A stretch of DNA of 63,794 nt, counting the filler, from Chiloscyllium plagiosum (taxonomy: Eukaryota): NCBI RefSeq assembly GCF_004010195.1. It is 7 parts of one record of this genome, joined end to end, with 100 filler letters (N's around TTAATTAATTAA, not from the genome) between each part and the next. Parts side by side here need not be neighbours in the genome. Positions count along the whole stretch, not along the records: positions 1 to 12,450 come from NC_057715.1; positions 12,551 to 18,787 come from NC_057715.1; positions 18,888 to 30,902 come from NC_057715.1; 4 more parts are not named here. One strand, written 5' to 3'. Each line of letters opens with the position of its first letter. Position 1 is the first letter of the stretch. A program made the position numbers and the translations under genes. The notes beneath the pieces were generated by a model. That model was not told the origin of the DNA. It saw only the letters and a list, made by a program, of their open reading frames with translations, and made no database searches. Positions 11,860-24,480 of this stretch are shown in pieces.

Positions 11860-12364
11860 TGTAGGGGGTGGTGTAATTTTTAAATCATTAACTGTTGTAG
11901 TAAGCACATAGTAAGTACAAAGCCACCATTTTAGTCTTCTCTACCTTGTAGTAAGCACGAGCAGACACTCCCCCAGATTTTCATGAATGGAACAATGGAA
12001 ACAGCTTTCCTCGTGGCTGAGGGACCGCCCACAACCACGACTGTACGTCATCATCCATATAAGGGAGAAACGGGGAACTCGAACACTGATTGGCTGGGTG
12101 AATAACCAAATAATCTCATACATCAGGAGGACAGTGGGGAACTTTAACACTGATTGGCTGAGACAGTAGAAGGCCCCGCCCACTCCTACATGGATATAAC
12201 GTGCGGGGATTACAATCTGTGTGTGTGCCGTGGGAAGCCATTGAGGTAACACCCGGTTCTGCAGAACTGAATAAATAGTTTTGGACGAACTCCTCCGTGT
12301 CTTTGTTCTCGGGAAGGGAAGCAGAGTGCCTGATGGGGGGTCGCAGAGTCCCCTATCCTGCACA
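11860..12364 (+). mobile_element. LTR-like segment (TG...CA) with Pol II promoter motifs and a polyA signal
   Basis: Starts tgtagggg and ends tgcaca. Contains two gattggctg CCAAT boxes (~12088, ~12152), a GC box ccccgccc (~12175), gatataa (~12193) and aataaa (~12270). It truncates a CR1. No clear TSD or PBS. Confidence 0.55.
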
Positions 12365-12450
12365 ATCTCTGACTGTGGGATCATAAAAGTGAACATTGCT
12401 CTGATTCATCTCTGGGCTCCTTGATGTCCACTTGTTTGTTATCTAGCTTC

Positions 12451-12550
12451 NNNNNNNNNNNNNNNNNNNNNNNNNNNNNNNNNNNNNNNNNNNNTTAATT
12501 AATTAANNNNNNNNNNNNNNNNNNNNNNNNNNNNNNNNNNNNNNNNNNNN
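12451..12550. other. Assembly gap with artificial linker N44-TTAATTAATTAA-N44 (also 18788-18887, 30903-31002, 36757-36856, 45767-45866, 53567-53666)
   Basis: The same 12-mer sits at the centre of six 100-bp N runs and gives stops in all six frames. Confidence 0.95.
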
Positions 12551-14292
12551 GCACCTTTCCACAATCTGTTTCCCCATCTGTTTCTCCACATCTCTGCTGC
12601 TATTTGGGGGCCTATAGTAAACACCCAACAAGGTGACTGCACCTTTCCTATTTCTGACTTCAGCCCATACTACCTCCAGAGGCGGATCCCCCTCAAACTT
12701 CCTTTCTGCATTTCTAATTAGCAATGCCACCCCTCCTCCTTTTTTCCCACCCTCCCTAATTTTACTGAAACACCTGTAACCAGGAACCTCCAACAGCCAT
12801 TCCTGTCCCTCATCTATCCACGTTTCCGTGATGGCCACAGCATCGTAGTCCCAGGTACCGATCCACGCCTTAAGTTCACCCACCTTGTTTCTGATACTCC
12901 TTGCGTTGAAGTATACGCATTTGAACCCATCTCTGTGTCCGCAAGTATTCCCTGTCAGTGCTACCTTCTCCACAGCCTCCCTACAGTCTTTTGCATCCTG
13001 ACACACAGCTAGCTTACTTGCTGGACTACAAGTCCGGATCCCATCCCCCTGCCAAATTAGTTTAAACCCCTCCCCGAAGAGTGCTAGCAAACCTACCCTC
13101 CAGGATATTGGTGCCCTTCTGGTTCAGGTGCAACCCGTCCTGTTTGTACAGGTCCCACCTTCCCCAGAATGCAGTCCAATTGTCCAAATATCTGAAGCCC
13201 TCCCTCCTACACCATCCTTGCAGCCACGTGTTCAACTGCACTGTCTCCCTATTCTTTGCCTCACTGTCACGTGGCACCGGCAACAACCCAGAGATGACGA
13301 CTCTGTCTGTCCTAGCTTTTAGCTTCCAGCCTAACTCCTTGAGCTCTTGAATGACCTCCCCACCTCTCTTCCTACCTATGTCGTTGGTGCCAATGTGTAC
13401 CACGACTTCTGGCTGCACACCCTCCCCCTTAAGGATTCTGAGGACACGGTCCGAGACGTCTCGGAACCTGGCACCCGGGAGGCAATAAACCATCCTAGAG
13501 TCTCGCCCATGCCCACAGAATCGCCTGTCCGACCGTCTAACTAGAGAGTCGCCTATAACTAGCGGTCTCCTCCTCTCCCCCTTTCCCTTCTGAGTCTCAG
13601 AGCCACAGACCCCTTCACTGCAGCTTACACCTGCAACGCTGTCCCCCCCAACAGTTTCCAAAGCTGTATATTTATTTTTTAGGGGAACGACCACAGGGGA
13701 ACCCTGCACTGCCTTCTTCTTCCCCTTCCCACCTCTAACTGTTACCCAGCTACCTCTGTTCTCTGGCGTAGCTATGTCCCTGTAGCTTCTATCTATCACC
13801 CTCTCAGCCTCTCGAATAATCCTCAGTTCATCCAACTCCAGTTCCAGTTCCCTAACTCGTTCTGTGAGGAGCAGGATCTGACTGCATTTCCTGCAGATGA
13901 AGTCGGCAGGAGTATCGGTGGTCACCCCTACCTCAAGCATCCGGCAGGAGGAACATTCCACTGCCTGCGCTGCCATTACTCTACACTTCGTCTCCAAAGC
14001 AAGAACACTGAGTACCTTACCTGTGAACTTTAAAGTTAGGTTAGAGGAGGAGGATGGGAGGGAGGCCCTACTGTGTAGGGCCTGGGGACTAGAACACACC
14101 CGCTCAAATATCAATCACCTTCCTGACTAGCTCTATGCTCCAACCTCACTTCCGCCCAGCTCGCGCCGCTCTCTGCTGAGAAAAGACCGTTGGCGTCGAG
14201 GTAAGTTCTTTATATATCACTTACCTTCCCGACTAGCTCTGCGCTCCAACCTCACTTCCGCTCAGCTCGCGCCGCTCTCTGCTGAGAAAAGG
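12551..14292 (-). mobile_element. Young CR1 LINE 5' half: tandem-monomer 5' UTR, ORF1 and the ORF2 endonuclease start (runs into the gap)
   Basis: Open ORF1 followed by an APE domain: CVYFNARSIRNK, AITETW, GGGVALLI, GVYYRPPN. Confidence 0.93.
13062..13976 (-). CDS. CR1 ORF1p: N-terminal CxxC...CxxC zinc finger, coiled coil and SGNH/GDSL esterase domain (304 aa)
   Basis: MAAQAVECSSC...CRKC, LTERVRELELELDEL, VIGDSLVR (block I), VHIGTND (block III) and DGLHLN (block V). No stops. Confidence 0.9.
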   Translation of the reverse strand: MAAQAVECSSCRMLEVGVTTDTPADFICRKCSQILLLTERVRELELELDELRIIREAERVIDRSYRDIATPENRGSWVTVRGGKGKKKAVQGSPVVVPLKNKYTALETVGGDSVAGVSCSEGVCGSETQKGKGERRRPLVIGDSLVRRSDRRFCGHGRDSRMVYCLPGARFRDVSDRVLRILKGEGVQPEVVVHIGTNDIGRKRGGEVIQELKELGWKLKARTDRVVISGLLPVPRDSEAKNRETVQLNTWLQGWCRREGFRYLDNWTAFWGRWDLYKQDGLHLNQKGTNILEGRFASTLRGGV

Positions 14293-14480
14293 ACATCAAC
14301 TCTGATTTCTCGACAGATGCTGTCAGATTAGCTAAGCTTTTCCAGCAATTCTGAGAAAGGATCATTCAACCCAAAATGTTAACTCTGACGTCTCTCCACA
14401 GAGGCTGCCAGACCTGTTGAGCTTTTGCAGGAATTCCTGTTTTTGTTTCTGATTTACAGCATCTGTAGTTCTTAAGATTT
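14293..14480 (+). mobile_element. PLE-derived terminal repeat remnants (two partial tandem copies)
   Basis: The motif aactctg...acagatgctg-cagac...tttccagca occurs twice. Same family as 9040-9230. Confidence 0.55.
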
Positions 14481-14844
14481 TAGTGGATGAATAAAGTGTG
14501 TTTTGTTTTAAATCCAGTACTTTGACCAGTAGAATTGTGTCTGGAATGCAACACATTACATTTAACTTTAAAAATAGAAAACATTTCTATCTTCTGAATA
14601 TTTTGGGGGTTGGAGGGAGGCTTCACCTAGTCCATAACTATTTCGATCTATGGTAGTTTATCTTTCTCTTAGCATCTTTACTCCATACTAAGATGGATCT
14701 TTGCTGAGAGTCATGAATTACCTCCTCAAACAATGGTAAGCAAGAAAGTTATGAAGAGGAGGACGTAAGCAAAGAAATATCCATAGCTTAAGTGAGTGAG
14801 CAAACCTCTGGCAAATTGTCATTTCTATGCCTTCATTGTCTGAT

Positions 14845-15132
14845 TTCGATTTAGATTCCCTACAGTATGGAAACAGGCCCTTCGGCCCAACCAGTCCACA
14901 CAGACTCTCCGAAGAGCAACCCACCCAGACCCATTTCCCTCTGACTAATGCACCTAACACTATGGGCAATTTTAGCATGACCAATTCACCTGACCTGCAC
15001 ATCTTTGGATTGTGGGAGGAAACCAGAGCACCCGGAGGAAACCCACGCAGACTTGGGGAGAATGTGCAAACTCCACACAGTCGCCCGAGGCTGGAATCGA
15101 ACCCTGGTGCTGTGAGACAACAATGCTAACCA
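14845..15132 (-). mobile_element. HE1-type V-SINE
   Basis: V-domain ggaggaaaccagagcacccggaggaaacccacgcagac and tail. Confidence 0.88.
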
Positions 15133-15946
15133 CCAAATGGAGTATAATGTGGTAAAATATGAGATCTGGGTATCCTCCTGCATGGATTGCAAAAGGTCAG
15201 TATGCACAAAAACAAGTCATTAGGAAAACTAATAGAATATCATTTATTGCAAAGGGAAGTGAAGACAAAAGTAGAAAAGTATGTGGCCAGTGCCCATAGA
15301 TGTTGGCACCTAGTTTCCAACATAGAGATCATTTGTAGCAAACTATTACTAGCTGAATTGGCCATATATTCAGCGTGGTTACCATATCAAGTTTTCTCAA
15401 CATCTTGCTTGTTTGGCAATTTGGTAAAATAGAAAGCTAATAGTAATGAGGTGAGTTGGGCCATTAACAAGATGCTTTATTGGCATCAGTTGCCTATTGA
15501 GAAATTCACCTCACCATTTGTGGAAAGGATAAAAGATGGAGTGATATCAAGATTGGCCTTGACAGGCTTGTTGTCTCATGCTACCATAAATCCTTCGACA
15601 GCCATCATGGCTCAGGCACCTAAGATTCCACCCATTGTTTCTTACAGAATGAAAGAAATGTTTCTAATTTCCCTGAGTGCAACCACAAAACATATCAGTA
15701 CACTTAGTTCTGACTAAGCTCATCTCAACAAATAACAATGCTACACATAGGAATAAAGTTAAATCAATGTAATGTGAAATATTTACAAGTGGCATAGTGG
15801 CATCAGTTCAACAAGATCAGCATGGTCAGCTGTATCCAACTGCTTCGTGACTCTCTATGGTTCAGGATTCCAGACATTCTGCACCTTATTTTTACCTCTC
15901 ATATGTTGATTTCCGATTAATGCTTCTGTGCCAATTGGAAGATCAG

Positions 15947-16705
15947 TCATAGAGATTAGCACGAAACAGATCCTTCAGTCCAACTCATCTATGCTGACTA
16001 GATATCCTAAACCCATTTAGTCCTATTAGCCAGCACTTGGCCTATATCCCTCTAAACTATTTCTATTCATAAATCCATTCAGATGCTTTTCAAAATGTTG
16101 TAATTGGACCAGCCTCCACCACTTCCTTTGGCAGCACATTCCATATACATCTGATTGAAAAAGTTGCCCCTTAAGTCCCTTTTAAATTTTTTCCCTCTCA
16201 CCCTAAACTTATGCCCTTTAGTTCTAGACTTCCCCATTCCAGGGAAAAGACCTTGTCTATTTAGTCTAGCCATGCATGATTTATAAACCTCTATACAGCA
16301 CTCCAGGAAGAAAAAACGCAGCCTATTCAGTCTCTCCCTGTAGCTCAAATCCTCCAAACAAAATGCCTTCTTCACTAAAAGACTCTACTTTCAAGGAATT
16401 GTGAACCTGCACTCCAAGGTCTCTTTGTTCAGCAACACTCCCCAGGACATTCCCATCAAGTTTAGAAGTCCTGCTCTGATTTACCTTTCCAAAATGCAGC
16501 ACTTCACATTCATCCAAATTAAACTCCATCGGCCACACCCCAGCCAACTTGGCCAATCTGATCAAGATTCTGTTGTACTCAGAGGTAACCTTCTTTGCTG
16601 TCCACTGCACCTCCAACCTTGGTGTCATCCACACACCCACCAAGCATACCTCCTATGTTCACATCCAAATAATTTATTTAACTGAGGTAAAGCAGTGAAC
16701 CCAGC
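15947..16705 (-). mobile_element. CR1 3' fragment
   Basis: MEFNLDECEVLHFG, EQRDLGVQVH and LEDLSYRERL motifs. Confidence 0.85.
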
Positions 16706-16749
16706 ATGTCAGCATTTTTTTTCAATTTGATGATAGCGAAAACTGCACT

Positions 16750-18658
16750 CTGGACAGTCAGAGTGGACAAAGAGTGGAGCTGGAAAAAGCACAGCAGATC
16801 AAGCAGCATCAGAGAAGGAAGGAAGTTGTCGTTTCAGGTCGGAAAGTTTCATCAGGACTGGGAAAGCGGAAGGGGACTGCGAAATAAAGGGTAGGTGGGT
16901 GGGATGGCGATAGGTGGATGCAGGTGGCTGTGATAAGTCAGTGGGAAGGGTGAAGCAGATGGGTGGGAAGGAAGATGGAAAGGTAGGGTCACATTAAGGG
17001 GGCACGGTAGCCACGGAGGCCTGGGCCTGGGATGAGGTGGAGGTAGGGAGATTTGGAAGCTGGTGAATTCTATATTAAGGCCATATGGTTGAAAGCTCCT
17101 GAGGCGGAAGATGAAGTGATCTTCCTCCAGTTTGTGTGTGGCCTTGTGTTGATGGTGGAGGAGGCCCAGGATGGACATGTCATTAAGGGAGTGGGAGGGA
17201 GAGTTGAAATAGATGGCGACCAGAAGGTGGGATTAATTGGAGCAAATGGACCATAAATGTTCCCTGAAGCGATCCCTGAGTTTGCTGTTGGTCTCTCCGA
17301 TATACAGGAGATCACCTCAGAAGCAACAAATGCAGTTTGTTAGAGGAAATGCATGTGAACCTCTACTGGACTTGGAATGATTCTTTGGGGCCTTGGAGGG
17401 AGGTAAGGGGAGAAGTGTAGGGCGAGCTTTTGGATCTTCTCTGGCCACAGGGGAAAGTTTTGGGTGTAGGTGAGGGATTGGTGGGGAGTGTGGATCTAAA
17501 GTCCCTGTGAAAACTGGGTAGGGGTGGGGAGAGAAATATCATTTTGGAGATGGGGTCAAACTGTAAGTGGTGGAGAATCATATGTTGGACTTGGAGATTA
17601 GTGGGATGAATGTGATGATCTGGGGGAACTCTTGTTGTGGTTGGGGCGTGGTTTTATTGGAGGGCAGAGGTGTAGGAAATGGAGGAAATACAGCTTAGGG
17701 CATTATTGATCACAGGGGAGGGGAAATTATAGTCCTTGAAGTAGAAGGACATCTGAGATGTTCTGAAGTGGAATTGCTCATCCTCAGAGCAGATACAGCA
17801 GAGACGAAGGAATTGGGAGTATGGGATCACATTTTTGCAGGAGTGGAGTGGGGGGAGATGTAGTTAAAGTAGCTGTGAGAGTTGGAGCATTTGTAATAGA
17901 TGTTGGTGCAGAGTTGATCGCTGAAGATGGAGGCGGAGAGATTCAGGAAGGGGTGAGAGGTGTTAGAGATGGTCCAGGTGAATTTGAGGTCAGGATGGAA
18001 TGTGTTGGTGTAGTGAATGAACTGTTTGAGCTCCTCGTGGGAGCATGAGGCAATACCGATACAGTCATTGATGTAGCAGAGGAAAAGGTGGGGGTTGGTG
18101 CTGGTGTATCCACGGCAGAAGGACTGTTCCAGGTATTCTGCGATGAAACAGGCATAGCTTGTACCACTGCAGGTACCCCTCTGTTTTGCAGGAAATGGAA
18201 GGATTTAAAGGAAAGGTTGTTAAGGGTGAGGACCAGTTCCATCAGATGGATGAGAGTGTCAAGTGGACTGGTTGGGTCTGCAGGAGAGGAAGAGATGGAG
18301 GACCTTGAGGCACTCCTCATGGGGCATATAAGTGTAGAGAGACTGAATGTCCATGGTGAAGATGAGGTGTTGGGGGCCAGGAACTGAAAGTTGTGGAAAA
18401 GGTGGAAGGCATGGGTAGTGTCCTAAATGTAGATGGGGAGCTCCTGCACCAAAGAGGACAGAATGGAATCGAGTTAAGGGGAGGTGAGTTCAGTGGGGTT
18501 AGAGCAGGCAGGGATGATTGGTCGATCAGGGCAGTCAGGTTTATGAATTTTAGGGAGAAGATAGAATTGGGTGGTGTGGGGTTGGGAAATTATGAGGTTG
18601 GAGTCTGTGGATGGGAGATTTCCCAATGGGATGAAATTGTGGATGGTCTTGGAGCTAA
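16750..18658 (-). mobile_element. Penelope-like element (RT, linker, GIY-YIG endonuclease, terminal repeat), degenerate; resumes at ~19450-19700
   Basis: LIHLMELVLTLNNLSFKSFHFLQ (RT), YIGETNSKLRDRFREHL (GIY-YIG) and KLEEDHFIFRLRSFQPYGLNIEF. Hammerhead-like ctgatga...gaaacga near 16830-16856. Confidence 0.88.
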
Positions 18659-18659
18659 T

Positions 18660-19449
18660 GTAAGACAGTTTGTTTTAAAATTACTTACCGGTAGCGGGCA
18701 GCGGTGTTTTTTTCTCTCTTTCCAGAAAGAGCGGGAGCAGCAGGGGGAAGTGACGAAGACCAGAGGGGCAGCCGGGTAGGTTTTTTTNNNNNNNNNNNNN
18801 NNNNNNNNNNNNNNNNNNNNNNNNNNNNNNNTTAATTAATTAANNNNNNNNNNNNNNNNNNNNNNNNNNNNNNNNNNNNNNNNNNNNCTGAGGTCATGTT
18901 GCAGTTGTCTAAGACTCTGGTGCGGCCGCATCTGGAGTATTGTGTGCAGTTTTGGTCGCCATACTATCGGAAGGATGTGGAGGCACTGGAACGGGTTCAG
19001 AGGAGGTTTACCAGGATGTTGCCTTGTATGGTAGGAAGATCGTATGAGGAAAGGCTGAGGCACTTGGGGTTGTTTTCATTGGAGAAAAGAAGGTTTAGGG
19101 GTGACTTGATCGAGGTGTACAAGATGATTAGGGGTTTAGATAGGGTTGACCATGAGAACCTTTTTCCACGTATAGAGTTAGCTATTACGAGGGGGCATAG
19201 CTTTAAATTAAGGGGTGGTAGGTATAGGACAGATGTTAGGGTAGGTTCTTTACTCAGTGAGTCGTGAGTTCATGGAATGCCCTGCCAGTAGCAGTGGTGG
19301 ACTCTCCCTCATTATGGGCATTTAAGCGGGCATTGGATAGGCATATGGAGGATAGTGGGCTAGTGTAGGTTAGGTGGGCTTGGATCGGCGCAACATCGAG
19401 GGCCAAAGGGCCTGTACTGCGCTGTATTCTTCTATGTTCTATGTTCTAT
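18660..19449 (+). mobile_element. CR1 inserted into the PLE: 5' UTR monomer, gap, young 3' end
   Basis: 18660-18787 is the reverse complement of the monomer at 440-550. ORF2 C-terminus LVRPHLEYCVQFWSP and a (ttctatg)n tail follow the gap. PLE sequence continues on both sides. Confidence 0.8.
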
Positions 19450-19739
19450 GATGGTTTGGTGCTGAGAGGTCGGGTCGTGATCGAGGGGATGGTAGGAGGC
19501 GATGTCAGCGAGTTGGCTTGTGGCTTCAGTGAGGTAGAGGTCGGTGTGCCTCCTTTGTCATCTGGTTTGAACGTGAGGTTGGGTTTGGAGTGGAGGGAAC
19601 GGAGGGCTGCTTTTATTTCTTCTCAGGTCTTCCATCAGAGTATGCTGAATGAGATGGTCCACAGGAAGGACTGAGTTGAGTTCAAGCAAGAGATAAGGAG
19701 AATAGCTTGTGGGTGAGTACAGGTCCTTTCATAAGCTTA

Positions 19740-21890
19740 AACTAGCACTGGAAAGTACTTGGGTCACGTTTGTTTATTGTCAGGAGGCAAAGTGCATAAT
19801 CAGTCATACAGAGTATGGTTGAGTCACTCAGACTGTAAATCACCCTCCCAGTAATAGAGGGTTAATTGGCTCTTAGCAATGCCATAGACTTTGCAAAGCT
19901 CCTACATGCTCTTTTTCTTGAAAGTGTGACCTCCATCACAGTGAATTCAACAGTAAGTGAAAAACCAATCATATGGAATCACTTTCGTTTTAGTTTAGGC
20001 ATTTTGGTCACAGGTGGGGAGTGGCCTGCATGAAATCTCTGAAGACAATTGTGAGTATACGCTGTCTGTTGCTCCAAGCATAAAGACCATTTCAAGAAGT
20101 TCTAATGTTCTTTGGCAACTAGGATTGCTATGCTATGGTGAGGTCTCTTCCCTTCTTTGGCTAAAGTACTGTTCACAAGTTTAATGGTAGTCATCAATAG
20201 CAGTAGCCATCCCAGGCCAAAAACAATGCTTTCTGGTCAAGTCAGTTGGCTTTTCTGTGACTTTGTGTCATGCTTGATCATGAACTATTACCAACACTTG
20301 ACAGTCATTGGAAAGGATGAGTTGCTTCAGCCCCCACTCTTTGTCATGAACCAGTTGATGGAGGACTCCATTCTCCTCCCTGATTCTTTTCCAGCAACTC
20401 AACGGCTTCCAGACTTTGGATGCTTTTACTAGCTGTTGATGGATATTGGACTTACCAGCAAGAGAACTATATTCATAGATCATAGAATCCCTACTGTGTG
20501 GAAACAGACCATTTGGCCTAACATTGTCTACACTAACCCTCCAATGAGTAACCCATCCGACCATATTGATACCCATGTAAATGAACTAAAGCTATCTAAA
20601 GTCATTAATTAAAGATCGATAAGCAATGGTGAATCCATATCTTACTCTAACTCTCTGATCAGGATCTCACTGACAAAGCATTGGGAGTGTTCTGCAGAAT
20701 CTTAATCTGAATTTCATAGGGGCTTGGAGTTGAAACGCTGACTTTAACTTGAGGCATGGGCATAGTGTCAGCCACAGTGCTCTCCAGCCGAATAGAATTG
20801 GTTTCCCTCCAATAATCAGTCTTACAATTAAGGTCATCAACCTTTGCATTACTGTTGCCTGAACTTATTGGATCTAGAATTGAAATTGCATGAGTTCAGT
20901 GGCCCAGTCTGTCTCTATTGCTCTAAGCTTGGCAAACATTTAAAAGTTTATGTTCAGTAAACACTTCAAACTCTGCACACATCAGATTATCTTTTAACTT
21001 CTGGGAAATAGCTGACCTCAAAGCTCGTATTTTGGGTTTCATAATGGAGAAATTCTGCACATTCCTTTCATTTAGTTTGAGACTCCATGTGACATAATTG
21101 ATCATCACTCTTTTTTGTTCTTGCACCTATGACAGCACTGTTCCTAGGCCAAGGAAACCAACATTGGTTTCTAGTACAAAAGAGAGTTGTAAATCTAGGA
21201 AGCCAAGGACAAATGATGAGGCAAGCTTCTACATGAGGGTGCAAGAGGAGTCTTCACTTACTGGATTCTAGCTCGTGATAAAGCTCTGTGAAGTGTCACG
21301 CCTTGTCTATCCTTTCCCATCTCCTCTCTCAGCATTTTCAGATTTCCAAACAGCAAGTTGGTGAATGAGTCAGCCATCTGTACAAAGCCTTGCATAAAAC
21401 TTGTATGGCAACCAATTAGACCAAAGAACCCATGCAGTTTCTCTGTGTCTTGAGCAGGGGATATTCTGTTCTGCTGGGACGTTCTCATTGCTGGGAGTAA
21501 CAAATGACATAAGGTAACATATCTTGGTCAGAAAAGTTCGCACTTCTCTGATTTTACTTTAACAAACCTTACTCTCATCTTTTTGGATGATCATCTTTAG
21601 TCACAATCATGGAACTCATCAAGTCACAATACATAATGTCATGATCATCTTTACCAAAACCTTTCCTGTAATTGGTCAGAGTAGAAACAAGCTGCCTCCT
21701 ATGGGCCCACCAACTCATAAATGTCTGTTTTTGAAATAAGGTTGAAGATGTCTCCTCCCATTGGTCTACTGTCCCAAACAGTGGCTGGCTTAAGGATGCC
21801 AATGGGTGTTCTTAGTTGGGCACACGCACCTTTGCCACTGAAATTGGTAATTTGCACAGATACTTTGCGCTTTCTTCAACAGAGATGAGA
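19740..21890 (-). mobile_element. Highly decayed Gypsy-type pol remnant
   Basis: TEKLHGFFGLIGCHTSFMQGFVQMADSFTNLL resembles the RT-RNase H connection motif (LRSFLGL.GYYRRFI..FA.IA.PLT.LL). Boundaries are uncertain. Confidence 0.55.
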
Positions 21891-21907
21891 ATAGCTCCCA
21901 ATTACAC

Positions 21908-24480
21908 ATAGAATGCTACATCGCAGTGCAGTACAGGCCCTTCAGCCCTCGATGTTGTGCCAACCTATGAAACCAATTTGAAGTCCATCTAACCTAAATG
22001 AAGTCCATTTCATCCAATGACCATTTAAATGCCCCTAACATTGGTGAGTCTACTGCTGTTGCAGGCAGAGCATTCTATGCTCTTACTACTCTCTGAGTAA
22101 AGAAACTATCTCTGACATCTATCCTATATCTCACGCCTCAATTTAAAGCTATGTCCCCTTGTGTTAACCATCACCATCTGAGGAAAAAAGCTCTCACTGT
22201 TCACCCTATCTAACCCTCAGATTATCTTCCATTTCTCAATTAAGCACCTCTCAAACTTCTTCTCTCTAATGAAAGCAGCCTCAATGTCCCCTTGTGTTAA
22301 CCATCACCATCCGAGGAAAAAAGCTCTCACTGTTCACTGTTCACCCTATCTAACCCTCAGATTATCTTCCATTTCTCAATTAAGCACCTCTCAAACTTCT
22401 TCTCTCTAATGAAAGCAGCCTCAAGTCCTTAGCTTTTCCTCATAAGACCTTCACTCCATACCAGGCAACATTCCAATAAATCTTCTCTGAACCCTTTCCA
22501 ATGCTTCCACATCCTCCCTATAATGCGGTGACCAGAACTCCAAGTGTGACCTCACCAGAGTTTTGTACAGCTGCGACATGACCTCACGGCTCCAAAACTC
22601 AATCCCTCTACTAATAAAAGCTAACACACTTCTTAACAACCCTATCAACTTGGGTGGCAACTTTCAGGGATCCACGTACATGGACACCAAGATTCCTCTG
22701 TTCATCTACACAGCCAAGAATCTTACCATTAGCCCAGTGCTCCTTGTTCCTGTTGCTCCTTCCAAAGTGAATACCTCACACCTTTCCACATTAAACTCCA
22801 TTTGCCACCACTCAGTCCAGCTCTGCAGCTTATTTATATCCCTCTATCCCTCTTCAACACTATCCACAACTCCACCGACCTTATTGTCATCCGCAAATTT
22901 ACTAACCCATCCTTCTATGCCCTCATCTAGGTCATTTATAGAAGGGACAAACAATAGTGGCCCCAAAACAGATCCTTGCGGTACAATATGAGTAACCAAA
23001 CTCCAACATAAACATTTCCCATCTATCACCACCCTCTGTCTTCTTTCAGCTAGCAAATGTCTGATCCAAAATGTTAAATGAGCCTCAATTCCATGTCTCC
23101 GTTTTTTTGTGCAATACCTTACCATGGGAACCTTATCAAATGCCTTACTGAAATCAATATACTGCTATACATCAACTGCTATACACTCATCCACCTGTTT
23201 GGTCACCTTCTCAAAGAAGTCAATAAGTCAACCTACCCTCACAAACCCATGTTGACTATACCTAATCAACATATTCCTTTCTAGGTGATGATAAATCCTG
23301 TCGCTTATAACCTTTTACCAACACTTTACTACAATAATTACCAGGGTTATCTCTACTACCCTTCTTGAATGAGGGGACAACATTTGCTATCCTCCAGTCT
23401 TGTGGCACTATTCCTGTAGACAATGATGATGTAAAGATCAAAGCCAAAGGCGCTGCAACCTCCTCCCTGGCTTCCCAGAGAATTCTTGGATAAATCCCAT
23501 CTACTTTCACACTTTCTAGAATTACTAAAGCCTCCTCCTTGTGAACCTCAATCCCGTCTAGTCTAGTAGCCTGTATCCCAGTATTCTCGTCAACAACATT
23601 GTTTTTTTCCAGTGTGAATACTGACAAAAAATATTCATTTAGCGCTTCCTTATCTCCTAGGACTCCACGCACAACTTCCCACTACTGTCCTTGATTGGCC
23701 CTAACCTTACGACGATACTCGATACAGACGAACCTCGATTATCCGGCATTCAATTATCCAAATATCGGATTATCTGGCAAGCTCGTAACGTCCTGATGTT
23801 TGGCTAAACTATGTTGTCTGGCATTCAATTATCCAGAATTTGATTAAGCAAACAACATATTCCCTGCCTGTGTCCTTCTGATAATTGAGATTCTTCTGTA
23901 TACCTATAGAAATCCTTAGGGTTTTTCTTGATCCGATCCACTAATGACTTCTCATGTCCCCTCCTGGCTTTTCCTAGCTCTCTTTTTAGATCTTTCCTGG
24001 CTAACTTGGAACTCTCAAGTGCCCTAACTGAGCCTTCACATCTCGTTCTAACACAAACCTTCTTTATCCTCTTGACAAGAGATTTAACTTCTTCAGCAAA
24101 CCATGGCTCCCTCGCTCGACCACTTCGGCTCTGCCTGACAGGTGTCTACTTATCAAAGATACACAGTAGCTGTTCCTTGAATAAGCTCCACAGTTCAATT
24201 GTGCCCATCCCCTGCAGTTTCCTTCCCCATCCTATGCATCCTAAATCTTGCCTAATTGCATCGTAATTGTCTTTCCCGCATCTATAACTCTTGCCCCACA
24301 AGAGTCCATCACTAAAGTAAACAAAACCAAATTATGGTCAGTATCACCAAAATGCTCACCTACCTCCAAATCTAACACCTTGCTGGGTTCATTACCCAGT
24401 ACCAAATCCAATGTGGCCTCGCCCCTTGTTGGCCTGTCTACATATTGTGGCAGGAACCCTCCTGCACGCACTGGACAAAA
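21908..24480 (-). mobile_element. CR1 ORF2 (endonuclease end to 3' tail), degenerate
   Basis: QYVDRPTRGEATLDLVLGN, DWRIANVVP, VPQGSVLGPLLFV and KFADD. Confidence 0.9.
23725..23898. mobile_element. Tigger/pogo-like MITE with TA TSD, nested in CR1
   Basis: TA|cagacgaacctcgattatcc ... gataattgagattcttctg|TA. A related terminus lies at 46135-46156. Confidence 0.75.

Noticed and set aside
14745..14815. QESYEEEDVSKE as the acidic linker exon of sestrin
   Set aside because: It matches the decayed CR1 RT motif (CEED...LSEWA..WQ) and has an in-frame stop.
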